The position numbers were made by a program, and so were the translations under genes. From contig CAWBVY010000001.1 in the NCBI GenBank assembly GCA_963792415.1, positions 96,001-160,000 on the forward strand: a stretch of DNA of 64,000 nucleotides, read 5' to 3'. The stretch is from Candidatus Deferrimicrobiaceae bacterium. GTDB taxonomy: Bacteria > Desulfobacterota > Deferrimicrobia > Deferrimicrobiales > Deferrimicrobiaceae. Under the pieces are notes generated by a model. That model did not search any database and was not told the origin of the DNA. It saw only the letters and a program-made list of their open reading frames with translations. This document shows, piece by piece, positions 39,313 to 49,356 of the stretch (its first letter is position 1; the number at the start of each line of letters is the position of its first letter).

Positions 39313-40309
39313 TTGCCCGCCACCTCCGCACACCGGTTGTACCCCGCATTCCGTCGCCGCTCCGCCAGCCGGCGCGCGGCGGCGTACGATCCCAGGCCCC
39401 GCCAGCAGTTCCCCCACATCCGGACGAGAGCCCATGCCGGAAGCGGGTCCCGTCCGCGAGCCGCGCAAGGAGCCGCACTCCGGGCTTCATCAATCGCCAG
39501 GCGAGGAAGCCGAGCACTCCGATCCGGCCCGTGCGGCAGGGGGAGGTGGCCGCCTTCGCGAGCATGGCGATCAGGGACCGGTGATGGTCGAGGATCTGGT
39601 TCACGGAAGCCGCGACTTCCCTCCGGTGCTCGTGCCGCGCCTGCACCGAGGGATCGTACACGATTTCGTATCCGGCATCGAGAACCCGCCAGAGGATGTC
39701 CAGGTCTCCCCCGCCCGGGAGGGGGTGCCCCAGGTCCAGGGCCTCGTCGAAGCCGCCCAGGTCGAGAATCATCCGCCGCCGGACCGCGAGGCAGCATCCG
39801 CTGCCGACGCCGATCGACCCGGCGATCAGCGGGACCGGCATCCCGTGGAGGCGCCGCTTCCGGTCCGCCGGAAGGTGGATCCGCTCCTCTCCTCTCGCGA
39901 AGCCCCCATTGGCCTCGAACAGCCGCTGCCCTTCCGTTTCCAGCGACAGGGCTTCCACCTTCCCGGTACAGATGGCGATGCGTTCGCTCTCGCGGAAGAC
40001 GTCCCGGATCGCCGCCGCCATTCCGGGTCCCGCCACGACGTCGTCATCGATGAACGCGACGATCTCCATCGAGGTTTCCCGCAGCGCCCGGTTCCGGGCG
40101 AAGTCGAGACCCGGAACGGGTTCCTTCACGTACCGGACAGCAGGGAACTCGTCCCGGACCAGGGTTCTGGTGGCGGGGCCGCCAGGCGCATTGTCCACCA
40201 CCAGGATTTCCTCCGGCTCCCGCGTCTGTCCCGTCAGGGAGCGAAGGGCACGCCGGAGCTGGTCCGTCCGGTCGCGGCTGCAGATCGCTACGCAGACACC
40301 GTGTTCCAC
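39309..40309 (-). pseudogene. Glycosyltransferase family 2, frameshift near 39456 (close to 3' end) as assembled
   Basis: VAICSRDR, VVDNAP, GLDFARN, FIDDD, GGFDEAL. The tail GRDPLPAW...GLGSY is in a shifted frame. Paralog of 35303..36544. Confidence 0.85.
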
Positions 40310-40311
40310 GG

Positions 40312-41304
40312 CTACACCCAGCGCGGCCGGGGCCGCCGCCCCGTTCCCGCGTCGTCGCGGCGGCGAATCCACTGGATTCCCCCCGCCGCCATCCCGAAGG
40401 CGTAGGCAAACCGGGAGGCGAGCACCGCGGGGAGCATCAGGAACGGTTCGTATCGCCCTGCACGTCCCCAGCAGCCGAGAATGTAGGCGGTGTGGGCCAG
40501 CGCCAGCAGCGGGCTTGTGAAAATGAGAAGGCGTGGATGGCGGTACAACCAGGCCATCCGGGCCGCGCCGGTGCGGGACTTGCTTTCGATCGCCGTGTAG
40601 CCCCAGCGGTAATTCCTGCGCAGCAGGTTCCCGAAGCCGGGCCGGTTGTGGTGGAAGGCGACCGCCCGGGGCTCGAAGAAGATGCGGTGTCCCGACCGTT
40701 GAAGTTCCCCCAGCCAGGCCCGCTCCTCGTTCGTATACTCCATCGGCGGCCGATCGGTAAACCCCGACGTACCGCGGAAGGCGTCGCGGTCCACGCTGAG
40801 GTTGGGAGGTGGGTGGTGGGGCACCACGCCCGCAGGCCTTCCGGGGTGGACAAGGTACCAGCCGCAATAGTAATCGCATCGCGCCATCGCAGGGAGCCCC
40901 GGGGGAAGATCCAGCGAGCCGCCGACAATCGTTTCCCCACCGGCGTGTGCCGCCAGGATCGAATCCAGCCAGCCCTCCCCCGGGACGCAATCGGCATCGA
41001 GAAAGATCAGGGGATTGCCGGTCGCGGCGGTGGCGCCGAGGTTCCGCGCCGCCGCGGGGTTTCCGCCGCGCCCGTCCCTCCCCGTCTCCACAACGCGCGC
41101 ACCGGCCCGGCGCGCCTCTTCCGCCGTGCGATCGGTCGATCCGTCGTCGACAACGATCACCTCCAGCGTCGAACCGTCAGGGCATTGGCCGAGCACCGAC
41201 CGCACCACCCCGGAAATCAGGTTCTCCTCGTTGCGGGCGGGGATCACAACGGAGACGACGGGAAAGGAAGGAGCGTCACCCGAGACGTTCCGGCCTGTTT
41301 TCAT
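40312..41304 (-). CDS. Glycosyltransferase family 2
   Basis: VSVVIPARNEE, VVDDGSTD, AARNLGA, FLDADC. Confidence 0.92.
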   Translation of the reverse strand: MKTGRNVSGDAPSFPVVSVVIPARNEENLISGVVRSVLGQCPDGSTLEVIVVDDGSTDRTAEEARRAGARVVETGRDGRGGNPAAARNLGATAATGNPLIFLDADCVPGEGWLDSILAAHAGGETIVGGSLDLPPGLPAMARCDYYCGWYLVHPGRPAGVVPHHPPPNLSVDRDAFRGTSGFTDRPPMEYTNEERAWLGELQRSGHRIFFEPRAVAFHHNRPGFGNLLRRNYRWGYTAIESKSRTGAARMAWLYRHPRLLIFTSPLLALAHTAYILGCWGRAGRYEPFLMLPAVLASRFAYAFGMAAGGIQWIRRRDDAGTGRRPRPRWV

Positions 41305-42514
41305 GTCCCCCCAGAATGTACAGGTCCGCGACGCCGTCCGCGAACGTTTTCCAGTCAAGGTTCTTTCCCGCGTACGACCGGGCGGAATCCCCGAGACGTT
41401 TTCCCGCGGCCCGATCCCGCAGGAGCCGGACGATCGCGCTTCCCATCGCCTCCGGGGATAGATCCACCAGGACCGCCCGGGTATCGTCGAGCACCGCGCG
41501 GTGCGACGGCGTGTCGGTCGCCACGATCGGCTTTCCGGCGCCCATGTACTCGAAGACCTTGATCCCGATGTTGCCGGTATCGTCGCGGGGCGAGACGAGC
41601 ACATCGGCGATCGCCATGAAGCCGTTGATCTTCGACTTCGGCTGCCTGGGAAGCAGCCTCAGGGCTCCCCGCTCCCGAAGCAGGGCGGCGGATTTCGTTC
41701 GGGAGAAACGGGACGGCGTCTCGTCGCCCACAAGGACGAAGATGGTGCCGGGAACCTCGGCAACGACGACCAGGGCGGCATCGAGAAGCCTTTCCACCCC
41801 CTGGTACGGCTCGAAGTTGCCGGTGTACAACACGACTCCGGAATCCGGATCGATCCCGAGCTCCTTCCGAAGCCGGTCCGTTTCGCCGGCGAGGAGTTCC
41901 CGCCGTATGCCCGGGAAAATCCACTCCCGCACATCGGCGGACGGCTCGATCGACAGGACATGTTTCCGCAGCCCCGCGCTGCATACGACCCGATCCGCCT
42001 TCCGGACCATCCACCGCTCGAAGGAACGCAGCAATCCCTGGAAGACCGCCAAACCGAGGACCGGGTGTGCCTTCAACTGCTCCGGGAGGCTCGACTGCAT
42101 GTCGTAGATCACCGGGAGCTTGTGCCACCGTCGCAGCAGCAGCACCAGAAATGCCGCCTCCTCCAGTGCGTAGGTAAACTCGTACTTTTCCCGGCGGATC
42201 CGCTTTAGAAAGACGGGAAGCAGGGAGAAATCCAGGATCACCTTCCGGAGGGAAAAACCGATCGGCACTTTCCGGATCGGAAGCCAGGCACCTGCCCGGA
42301 AGATGCGAAGTCCCGGCAACGCGATCGGCTCCCCGACGGGAAAGGTGACGAGATCGACCTTGTGGCCCCGCTGGCTCGCGGCCTCCAGGACATTCCTCAG
42401 GGCGATGGGAGTTCCACGGTTTTCGTAGAACGGCTGCGGCGCCACGACGAGAATCCGGTGTGAACGCAGGGGAAAGGGCGATCCGTGTCCAGGCATCGAT
42501 GGTGACTCTTCCAT
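41276..42514 (-). CDS. Glycosyltransferase family 4
   Basis: APQPFYENRGTPI, YTGNFEPYQG, KVFEYMGAGKPIVAT. Start uncertain (42535, 42514 or 42496). Confidence 0.9.
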   Translation of the reverse strand: MEESPSMPGHGSPFPLRSHRILVVAPQPFYENRGTPIALRNVLEAASQRGHKVDLVTFPVGEPIALPGLRIFRAGAWLPIRKVPIGFSLRKVILDFSLLPVFLKRIRREKYEFTYALEEAAFLVLLLRRWHKLPVIYDMQSSLPEQLKAHPVLGLAVFQGLLRSFERWMVRKADRVVCSAGLRKHVLSIEPSADVREWIFPGIRRELLAGETDRLRKELGIDPDSGVVLYTGNFEPYQGVERLLDAALVVVAEVPGTIFVLVGDETPSRFSRTKSAALLRERGALRLLPRQPKSKINGFMAIADVLVSPRDDTGNIGIKVFEYMGAGKPIVATDTPSHRAVLDDTRAVLVDLSPEAMGSAIVRLLRDRAAGKRLGDSARSYAGKNLDWKTFADGVADLYILGGHENRPERLG

Positions 42515-42730
42515 GGCGCCCAATGTAACCTGCACCCTCTACCGATCTCCCATCTTCCGGGAGCAACTTCCTCCTGGACCCTGTATCCAGTATCGGAAGA
42601 TTCGATCGATGTGTATTCGGCGCATTATACGCGAAAGGAAGGGATTGTTTCGGAGAGGAATCGCTGCGTTGCGACTCGGCCCGCCGGACCCGCTCGCTTC
42701 GCGGGCAGCGAGTGTCGAGGGGAAGGCCGA

Positions 42731-42801
42731 TCTCAGACGGTCACTTTCCCCTGGTGGGTGCCGAAGACGGAGCGCATCACGTCGGAGATCTCGCCGAGCG
42801 T
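42731..42801. repeat. Direct repeat copy 2: 3' end of the intact mutase gene
   Basis: Matches 32697-32767 and includes the mutase stop codon. Confidence 0.92.
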
Positions 42802-44412
42802 CGCGTAGGCGCGAACGGCGGAGAGGATCGGAACCATGACGTTCTTCTTTCCCCGGCAGGCGGACTCGACGGCGCCCAGGGCGGCGCGGACCGCCGCGCC
42901 GTCCCGCCGCTTCCGGAGGGCCGCGAGGCGCTTGCGCTGTTCCTTTTCGACCCGGGGATCGACCTTGAGGAGGTTGTCGGGCTTCCCTTCCTGAACGACG
43001 AAGTCGTTCACCCCGACGACGACCTGCTCCTTCCGCTCGATCTGCAGCTGGTACCGGTACGCCGCGTCCTGGATCTCCTTCTGGATGTAGCCGGAGTCGA
43101 CGGCCGGAATGACGCCGCCCATCCGGTCGATCCGGGCGATGTACTCCCGCGCCTGCCGCTCGATCCCCGAGGTGAGGGCCTCGACGCACCACGAGCCGCC
43201 GAGCGGATCGATCGTATCCGCGACCCCGCTTTCGTGCGCGATCAGCTGCTGCGTCCGGAGGGCGATGCGCACCGACGCCTCCGTGGGGAGGGACAGCGCC
43301 TCGTCGCGGGAATTCGTGTGCAGCGACTGGGTCCCCCCCAGGACCGCCGAAAGCGCCTGGATCGTCACCCGGACGACGTTGTTGTCGGGCTGCTGCGCCG
43401 TGAGGGACGACCCGGCGGTCTGGGTGTGGAAGCGGAGCATCCAGGAGCGGGGGTCCTTCGCCTTGAACCGGTCCCGCATGATCCCCGCCCACAGCCGCCG
43501 CGCGGCCCGGAACTTCGCGACCTCCTCGAGGAAGTTGTTGTGGGCGTTGAAGAAGAAGGCCAGGCGCGACGCGAAGGAGTCGACCGACATCCCGGCGTCG
43601 ATCGCGGCCTGCACGTAGGCGATCCCGTTCGCGAGGGTGAAGGCGACCTCCTGCGCCGCCGTCGACCCCGCCTCGCGGATGTGGTAGCCGGAGATGCTGA
43701 TCGTGTTCCAGCGGGGGACCGCGTCCTTGCAGAAGGCGAAGATGTCGGTGATGATCCGCATCGAGGGGGCGGGCGGAAAGATGTAGGTCCCGCGGGCGAT
43801 GTACTCCTTCAGGATGTCGTTCTGGATGGTGCCGTTCAGCGCGGCGGCGGCGACCCCCTGCTTCTCGCCGACGGCGATGTACATCGCCAGGAGGATGGCG
43901 GCGGTCGAGTTGATCGTCATCGAGGTGGAGACCTTGCCGAGCGGGATCCGGTCGAACAGGAGCTCCATGTCCTCGAGGGAGTCGATCGCGACGCCGACCT
44001 TCCCGACCTCCCCGAACGACATGGCGGCGTCGGAGTCGTACCCCATCTGGGTCGGAAGATCGAAGGCGACGGACAGCCCCGTCTGGCCGTTGTCCAGCAG
44101 GTACCGGTACCGGCGGTTCGACTCCTTCGCGTCCCCGAAGCCCGCGTACTGCCGCATCGTCCAGAAGCGGCCGCGGAACATCGTCGGCTGGACGCCGCGC
44201 GTGAAGGGGTACTCTCCCGGGAACCCCGCGTCCCGGAGATAATCGAACGACGCGAGGTGCTCCGGCGTGTAGAGGCGGGGGACCTCCTCCCCGGAGGTGC
44301 TCTCGAACCGGGGGCGACGCTCCCGCGACTTCGACATCGCCGGCGCGAGGATGTCGCGCTCCCACCGCTCGCGCGCCTCCCGAAGCCCGCCCTTCCCGTT
44401 CTTCGGCGCCAT
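42733..44412 (-). CDS. mcmA: Methylmalonyl-CoA mutase, large (substrate-binding) subunit
   Basis: [43 protein letters not shown]. No B12-binding domain. Confidence 0.93.
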   Translation of the reverse strand: MAPKNGKGGLREARERWERDILAPAMSKSRERRPRFESTSGEEVPRLYTPEHLASFDYLRDAGFPGEYPFTRGVQPTMFRGRFWTMRQYAGFGDAKESNRRYRYLLDNGQTGLSVAFDLPTQMGYDSDAAMSFGEVGKVGVAIDSLEDMELLFDRIPLGKVSTSMTINSTAAILLAMYIAVGEKQGVAAAALNGTIQNDILKEYIARGTYIFPPAPSMRIITDIFAFCKDAVPRWNTISISGYHIREAGSTAAQEVAFTLANGIAYVQAAIDAGMSVDSFASRLAFFFNAHNNFLEEVAKFRAARRLWAGIMRDRFKAKDPRSWMLRFHTQTAGSSLTAQQPDNNVVRVTIQALSAVLGGTQSLHTNSRDEALSLPTEASVRIALRTQQLIAHESGVADTIDPLGGSWCVEALTSGIERQAREYIARIDRMGGVIPAVDSGYIQKEIQDAAYRYQLQIERKEQVVVGVNDFVVQEGKPDNLLKVDPRVEKEQRKRLAALRKRRDGAAVRAALGAVESACRGKKNVMVPILSAVRAYATLGEISDVMRSVFGTHQGKVTV

Positions 44413-44421
44413 CGGGCCCTC

Positions 44422-44925
44422 CTATTCCACCAGGAGCAGCTTCGCCCCGGACTCGACGACCTGGCCTTCCTCCACGAAGATCTCCTTCACCTTCCCCGCG
44501 ATGGCGGACTTCAGCTCGTTCTCCATCTTCATCGCCTCGACGACGATCACTCCCTCCCCGGCCCCGACCTCCTGTCCCTCCTTGGCCAGGAGCTTGACCA
44601 CCTTCCCGGGCATCGGGGAGGTGACCATCGCCTTCCCGGCGGACCCCTTGCCGCCGGCCCGGAGCATCGCCCGGCGCTGCTCGTTCATCAGCGTGAACTT
44701 GTGGCAGTCGCCCTTGATGAGCACCTCGTACTCCTCCGTCGGCAGCTGGGTCACGTCCACCACGAACGACGCGCCCTGGTACAGGATCGACCAGAGCTGG
44801 CCGGCCACCTGGTGGGCGTCCACGACGTGCTCCACCCCGTCGATCGCCACCTTGTAGTTCGCCCCGCCGAGCTCCTCGACGGAGATCCTCACTTCCCGGT
44901 CGCCGACCATCGCCACGTAGCTCAT
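44422..44925 (-). CDS. Biotin carboxyl carrier protein subunit
   Basis: SPMPGKVV, EAMKMENE. Confidence 0.92.
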   Translation of the reverse strand: MSYVAMVGDREVRISVEELGGANYKVAIDGVEHVVDAHQVAGQLWSILYQGASFVVDVTQLPTEEYEVLIKGDCHKFTLMNEQRRAMLRAGGKGSAGKAMVTSPMPGKVVKLLAKEGQEVGAGEGVIVVEAMKMENELKSAIAGKVKEIFVEEGQVVESGAKLLLVE

Positions 44926-44933
44926 CGCCGCAC

Positions 44934-46445
44934 CTACCCGATCTTCCGGATGCCCGGGCGCGTGGAGTATTTCCACATGGAGACCGGACCGGCCGCCTCC
45001 CCGGGTTGCTGGGCCACCGCGCGCTTCCGCTCGCCGGTGAACACCTGGATCGCCGCCGTGACCAGGGCGACCTCCTCGTTGGCGAGCTCCCGCGCCTCCT
45101 CCTCCTTGAAGAACACGTTGTCGATGAAGTTCGTGTCGAAGTTCCCGGAGATGAAGTGCCGGTTGTTCATCACGCGGATGTGGAAGGGGATGGTGGTTTT
45201 CACCCCGGTGACCACGTACTCGGCGAGGGCGCGCTTCATCCGCGCGATCGCCTCCGTCCGGTCCTTCCCCCACGCCACGAGCTTGGAGATGATCGGGTCG
45301 TAGTAGATGGGGATCTCGAACCCCTCGTACATGCCCGAGTCGTCCCGGACGCCCGGGCCTCCCGGAACGCGGAGCGAGGTGACCACGCCGGGGCACGGCA
45401 TGAAGTTGCGCTCCGGGTCCTCGGCGTAGACGCGGCATTCGATCGCGTGGCCCGTCTGCTTCACGTCGTCCTGGCGGATCGAGAGGATCTCCCCCGCCGC
45501 CACGCGGATCTGCTCCTTCACGATGTCGACCCCGGTCACCATCTCCGTGACCGGGTGCTCCACCTGGAGCCGGGTGTTCATCTCGAGGAAGTAGAAGTTC
45601 CGCTTCGCGTCCACGAGGAACTCGCACGTCCCCGCGCCCTCGTACTTCACCGCCCGGGCCGCCTCGATCGCCACCTTCCCCATCGCGGCCCGCATCTCTG
45701 GGGTGACGATGACGGAGGGGGACTCCTCGACCACCTTCTGGTGGCGCCGCTGGATGGAGCACTCGCGCTCGCACAGGTGGACGTAGTTCCCGTGCTGATC
45801 CCCGAGGAGCTGTATCTCCACGTGCCGCGGGTTCTCGATGTACTTCTCGATGTACACGGAGTCGTCGCTGAAGGCGGATTTCGCCTCCGACTTCGCCATC
45901 CGCAGGGAGGACGAAAGCTCGGACTCCTCCCTCACCAGCCGCATCCCCTTGCCGCCGCCCCCGGCGGTCGCCTTGAGCATCACCGGGAGGCCGATCTCCT
46001 TCGCGACGCGGAGGATCTCCGCCTCCGTGGTGATCGGCTCCACGGTCCCGGGAACGACGGGGACGCCCGCCCCCTGGACCGTCTTCCGGGCGAGCGTCTT
46101 GGAACCCATCGTCCGCATGGCGTGGGCGGAGGGGCCGATCAGCTTGATCTTCTCCTTCTCGCACCGGTCGGCGAACAGCGGGTTCTCCGCGAGGAAGCCG
46201 TACCCGGGGTGGATGGCTTCCGCCCCGGTCCGTTTCGCGACCTCGAAGATCTTGTCGATCACCAGGTACGACTCCCGCGCCGGCGCCGGGCCGATGCAGT
46301 ACGCCTCGTCGGCGTAGCGGGTGTGGAGGGCCTTCCGGTCGACCTCGGAGAAGACCGCCACCGTGCGGATCCCCATCTCCTTGCAGGCGCGGAGCACCCG
46401 GACGGCGATCTCCCCGCGGTTCGCGATCAGGATCTTCCGGAACAC
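44934..46445 (-). CDS. accC: Biotin carboxylase subunit (propionyl/acetyl-CoA carboxylase)
   Basis: ANRGEIA, HPGYGFLAEN, GGGGKGMR, FLEMNTRLQVEH. Confidence 0.93.
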   Translation of the reverse strand: MFRKILIANRGEIAVRVLRACKEMGIRTVAVFSEVDRKALHTRYADEAYCIGPAPARESYLVIDKIFEVAKRTGAEAIHPGYGFLAENPLFADRCEKEKIKLIGPSAHAMRTMGSKTLARKTVQGAGVPVVPGTVEPITTEAEILRVAKEIGLPVMLKATAGGGGKGMRLVREESELSSSLRMAKSEAKSAFSDDSVYIEKYIENPRHVEIQLLGDQHGNYVHLCERECSIQRRHQKVVEESPSVIVTPEMRAAMGKVAIEAARAVKYEGAGTCEFLVDAKRNFYFLEMNTRLQVEHPVTEMVTGVDIVKEQIRVAAGEILSIRQDDVKQTGHAIECRVYAEDPERNFMPCPGVVTSLRVPGGPGVRDDSGMYEGFEIPIYYDPIISKLVAWGKDRTEAIARMKRALAEYVVTGVKTTIPFHIRVMNNRHFISGNFDTNFIDNVFFKEEEARELANEEVALVTAAIQVFTGERKRAVAQQPGEAAGPVSMWKYSTRPGIRKIG

Positions 46446-46455
46446 GTGGCGCCTC

Positions 46456-48000
46456 CTACAGGGGGATGTTGCCGTGCTTGCGCGGCGGGTTCGTGTCGCG
46501 CTTGTTCTTCAGCATCTCGAACGCCTTGATGACCTTCGGCCGGGTCTCCGAGGGCATGATGACCTCGTCGATGTACCCGAGCTCGGCCGCCTTGTACGGC
46601 GAGGCGAAGCGCTCCCGGTAGTCGGCCACCAGCTCGGACTTGGTCGCCTCCGGGTTGTCGGATTTGACGAGCTCCTTCCGGAAGATGATGTTCACCGCCC
46701 CGTCGGGGCCCATCACGGCGATCTCGGCGGTCGGGAAGGCGAAGTTGACGTCCGCCCGGATGTGCTTCGAGGACATGACGTCGTACGCCCCGCCGTACGC
46801 CTTGCGGGTGATGACCGTCACCTTGGGGACGGTCGCTTCCGCGAAGGCGTACAGGAGCTTCGCCCCGTGCTTGATGATCCCGCCGTACTCCTGGGTCGTC
46901 CCCGGGAGGAAGCCCGGCACGTCGACGAAGGTCAGCAGCGGGATGTTGAAGGCGTCGCAGAAGCGGACGAAGCGCGCCCCCTTGATCGAGGAGTTGATGT
47001 CGAGGCAGCCGGCGAGGATCGCGGGCTGGTTCGCCACGACGCCGACGGACCGCCCGTTCATCCGCGCGAACCCGATGACGATGTTTCTCGCGTAGTGCTC
47101 CTGGATCTCGAAGAAGTCCCCGTCGTCCGCGATCTTCCGGACCACGTCCCGGATGTCGTACGGCTTCGTCGGGATGTCGGGGACCACCTGGTTCAGGCTC
47201 TCGTCCGTGCGGTCCGGGGAGTCCTTCGGCGTCACGGCGGGGGGGTCTTCCATGTTGTTCTGCGGGACGAAGGAGAGCAGCTCCCGGATGAGGTAGAGGC
47301 ACTCCTTCTCGTCCTCGGCCGCGAAGTGGGCCACGCCGCTGCGCTCGTTGTGGGCCATCGCCCCGCCGAGGTTCTCCTTGGTGACCTCCTCGTGGGTGAC
47401 CGTCTTGATGACGTCCGGTCCCGTCACGAACATGTAGGAGGTGTTCTTGACCATCAGGATGAAGTCGGTGATCGCGGGGGAGTAGACGGCGCCGCCGGCG
47501 CACGGCCCCATGATCGCGGAGATCTGGGGGACGACCCCCGAGCTGAGGGTGTTCCGCAGGAAGATGTCGGCGTATCCGGCGAGGCTCTGGACCCCCTCCT
47601 GGATGCGCGCGCCGCCGGAGTCGTTCAGGCCGACGACCGGGGCCCCGTTGCGGACCGCGTGGTCCATGATCTTGCAGATCTTCTCCGCGTACGCCTCCGA
47701 GAGGGAGCCGCCGTACACGGTGAAGTCTTGCGCGAAGAGGTAGACGAGCCGCCCGTTCACCTTCCCGTACCCGGTGATCACGCCGTCCCCGAGGAACTTT
47801 TCCATCTCGAAGTCGGCGCAGCGGTGCTGGACGAAGCGGTCCATCTCGACGAAGGTGTTCGGGTCGAGGAGAAGCTCGACGCGTTCCCGCGCGGTCAGCT
47901 TCCCCTGCGCGTGCTGGGTCTCGATCCGCTTCCTGCCGCCCCCTTCCATCGCGGTGGCGTTTCTCTTCCGCAACACCTCGAACTTCTCTTCGAGCGACAT
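46456..48000 (-). CDS. pccB: Propionyl-CoA carboxylase beta (carboxyltransferase) subunit
   Basis: [45 protein letters not shown]. Confidence 0.94.
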   Translation of the reverse strand: MSLEEKFEVLRKRNATAMEGGGRKRIETQHAQGKLTARERVELLLDPNTFVEMDRFVQHRCADFEMEKFLGDGVITGYGKVNGRLVYLFAQDFTVYGGSLSEAYAEKICKIMDHAVRNGAPVVGLNDSGGARIQEGVQSLAGYADIFLRNTLSSGVVPQISAIMGPCAGGAVYSPAITDFILMVKNTSYMFVTGPDVIKTVTHEEVTKENLGGAMAHNERSGVAHFAAEDEKECLYLIRELLSFVPQNNMEDPPAVTPKDSPDRTDESLNQVVPDIPTKPYDIRDVVRKIADDGDFFEIQEHYARNIVIGFARMNGRSVGVVANQPAILAGCLDINSSIKGARFVRFCDAFNIPLLTFVDVPGFLPGTTQEYGGIIKHGAKLLYAFAEATVPKVTVITRKAYGGAYDVMSSKHIRADVNFAFPTAEIAVMGPDGAVNIIFRKELVKSDNPEATKSELVADYRERFASPYKAAELGYIDEVIMPSETRPKVIKAFEMLKNKRDTNPPRKHGNIPL

Positions 48001-48040
48001 CGCTCTCCTCCTGGGCGGCACGTCCGTTTCGTGATGGTGT

Positions 48041-48070
48041 TTTATATCATCCGGAAACGCCGGGTGTCAA
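48041..48070 (-). promoter_or_regulatory. Putative sigma70 promoter for the pcc-mutase operon
   Basis: TTGACA-N18-TATAAA on the minus strand. Confidence 0.5.
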
Positions 48071-49356
48071 CGAATCCCGGGGTTTCCGTCCTTCCGGAAC
48101 AAGGCCTGGTGGACCAGTTCGGCGACGTGGACCACGCGAAGGGCGGGGTCGGTCCGCGCGGCCATGTCCCGCATCTGGAGGACGCACCCCGAGCAGGCGG
48201 TGGAGATCACCTTCGTCCCGCCGCGCGCCGCGACCGTCACCTTGTTCTCCCCGATCCGCGAGGAGGTCGGGTAGTCGCGCACGTTGAACGTCCCGCCGTA
48301 GCCGCAGCACAGGTCGGCGCCCGCCATGTCGGCGAACGCCGGGCCGACGGCCCGCGACAGCACCTCCCTGGCCTCGGGACCCTTCCCCAGCGTCCCCGAC
48401 AGGTGGCACGGGTCGTGGTACCCGATCTCGCCGACCTTCTGCCCCGGCGGCGGGTCCGGGATCCGGTCGAGAACCCCCGAGGAGAGCAGGAAGCTCGCGT
48501 AGTCCACCGCGCGCTCCGCGACGAAAACCGCGTCGTCGTGCCCGGGGGCTCCCTTCGGGATCAGGGAAAGCACGTTCCGCTTGAACATGAGGAGGCAGGA
48601 CCCGCAGGGGAAGACGATCGCCCCGGGATCCGCGGCCCGCAGGCGGCGCACGTTCGCCTCCGCGGACGAAGCGGCGGACCGGCGGTCCCCGGACACCATG
48701 GCGGGGAGGCCGCAGCACGCAGCGTCACGGAAGACCGCCACGGATCTCCCCGACGCCTTGACGGTCTCGTAGGCGGCGCGCCCCACTTCGGGGAAGACGT
48801 GGTCGAAGACGCAGCCGACGAAGAGCATCACCTCGCCGGTGGCCGCCTCCGCCTTCCCGAGGGACTCGAGAAATCCCTTCGCGGGCAACTTCGGGACGGT
48901 CCGCCCTTCCCCCCCGAGCCCATCGGGAAAACGGTAGTGCAGGCCGCTCGCCGTGGGGATCTTCCCGGGCAGCAGCCGCTGTCCCGCGGCGGCCGCCTTC
49001 CGGGCGATTCCCGTCGCCGCCGGAGATGTCATCACCTTCCCGAAGAGGACGCTCTTCCAGGCGGGGATCCCGACCTCCTCCGCGAGGTCGGCCCGCCCTT
49101 TCATCACGATCTCCTCGACCAGCACCTGGTTGGGGCACGCCCGCTCGCACCGCCCGCACAGGAGGCAGTCGGTCAGGGCCTCCTGCACCGCCTCCGCGTC
49201 GCCATCCTCCCCGCCCATCGCCGCCTCGATCAGGGCGATCTTCCCGCGGGCGACCGCGATCTCCGCCTTCCGCTCCGGGTAGAGGGTGCACACCGTCCTG
49301 CAGGTGCCGCACTTCGCGCACAGGCCGGCCAACGCCTTGAGGTCCGGATCGTTCAT
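48067..49356 (-). CDS. glcF: Glycolate/lactate oxidase Fe-S subunit (GlcF-like, CCG domains)
   Basis: CAKCGTCRTVC, CLLCGRCERACP, two CCG motifs, YHDPCHL. Confidence 0.88.
   Translation of the reverse strand: MNDPDLKALAGLCAKCGTCRTVCTLYPERKAEIAVARGKIALIEAAMGGEDGDAEAVQEALTDCLLCGRCERACPNQVLVEEIVMKGRADLAEEVGIPAWKSVLFGKVMTSPAATGIARKAAAAGQRLLPGKIPTASGLHYRFPDGLGGEGRTVPKLPAKGFLESLGKAEAATGEVMLFVGCVFDHVFPEVGRAAYETVKASGRSVAVFRDAACCGLPAMVSGDRRSAASSAEANVRRLRAADPGAIVFPCGSCLLMFKRNVLSLIPKGAPGHDDAVFVAERAVDYASFLLSSGVLDRIPDPPPGQKVGEIGYHDPCHLSGTLGKGPEAREVLSRAVGPAFADMAGADLCCGYGGTFNVRDYPTSSRIGENKVTVAARGGTKVISTACSGCVLQMRDMAARTDPALRVVHVAELVHQALFRKDGNPGIR

Larger units (their letters stand above)
32697..42801. mobile_element. 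~10 kb glycan-biosynthesis genomic island bounded by direct repeats
   Basis: Flanking direct repeat of the mutase 3' end; co-oriented GT/wzm/wzt cargo with visibly more A/T-rich codon use; no integrase seen. Confidence 0.65.

Noticed and set aside
32697-42801. Prophage or ICE
   Set aside because: No integrase, phage or conjugation genes between the repeats.
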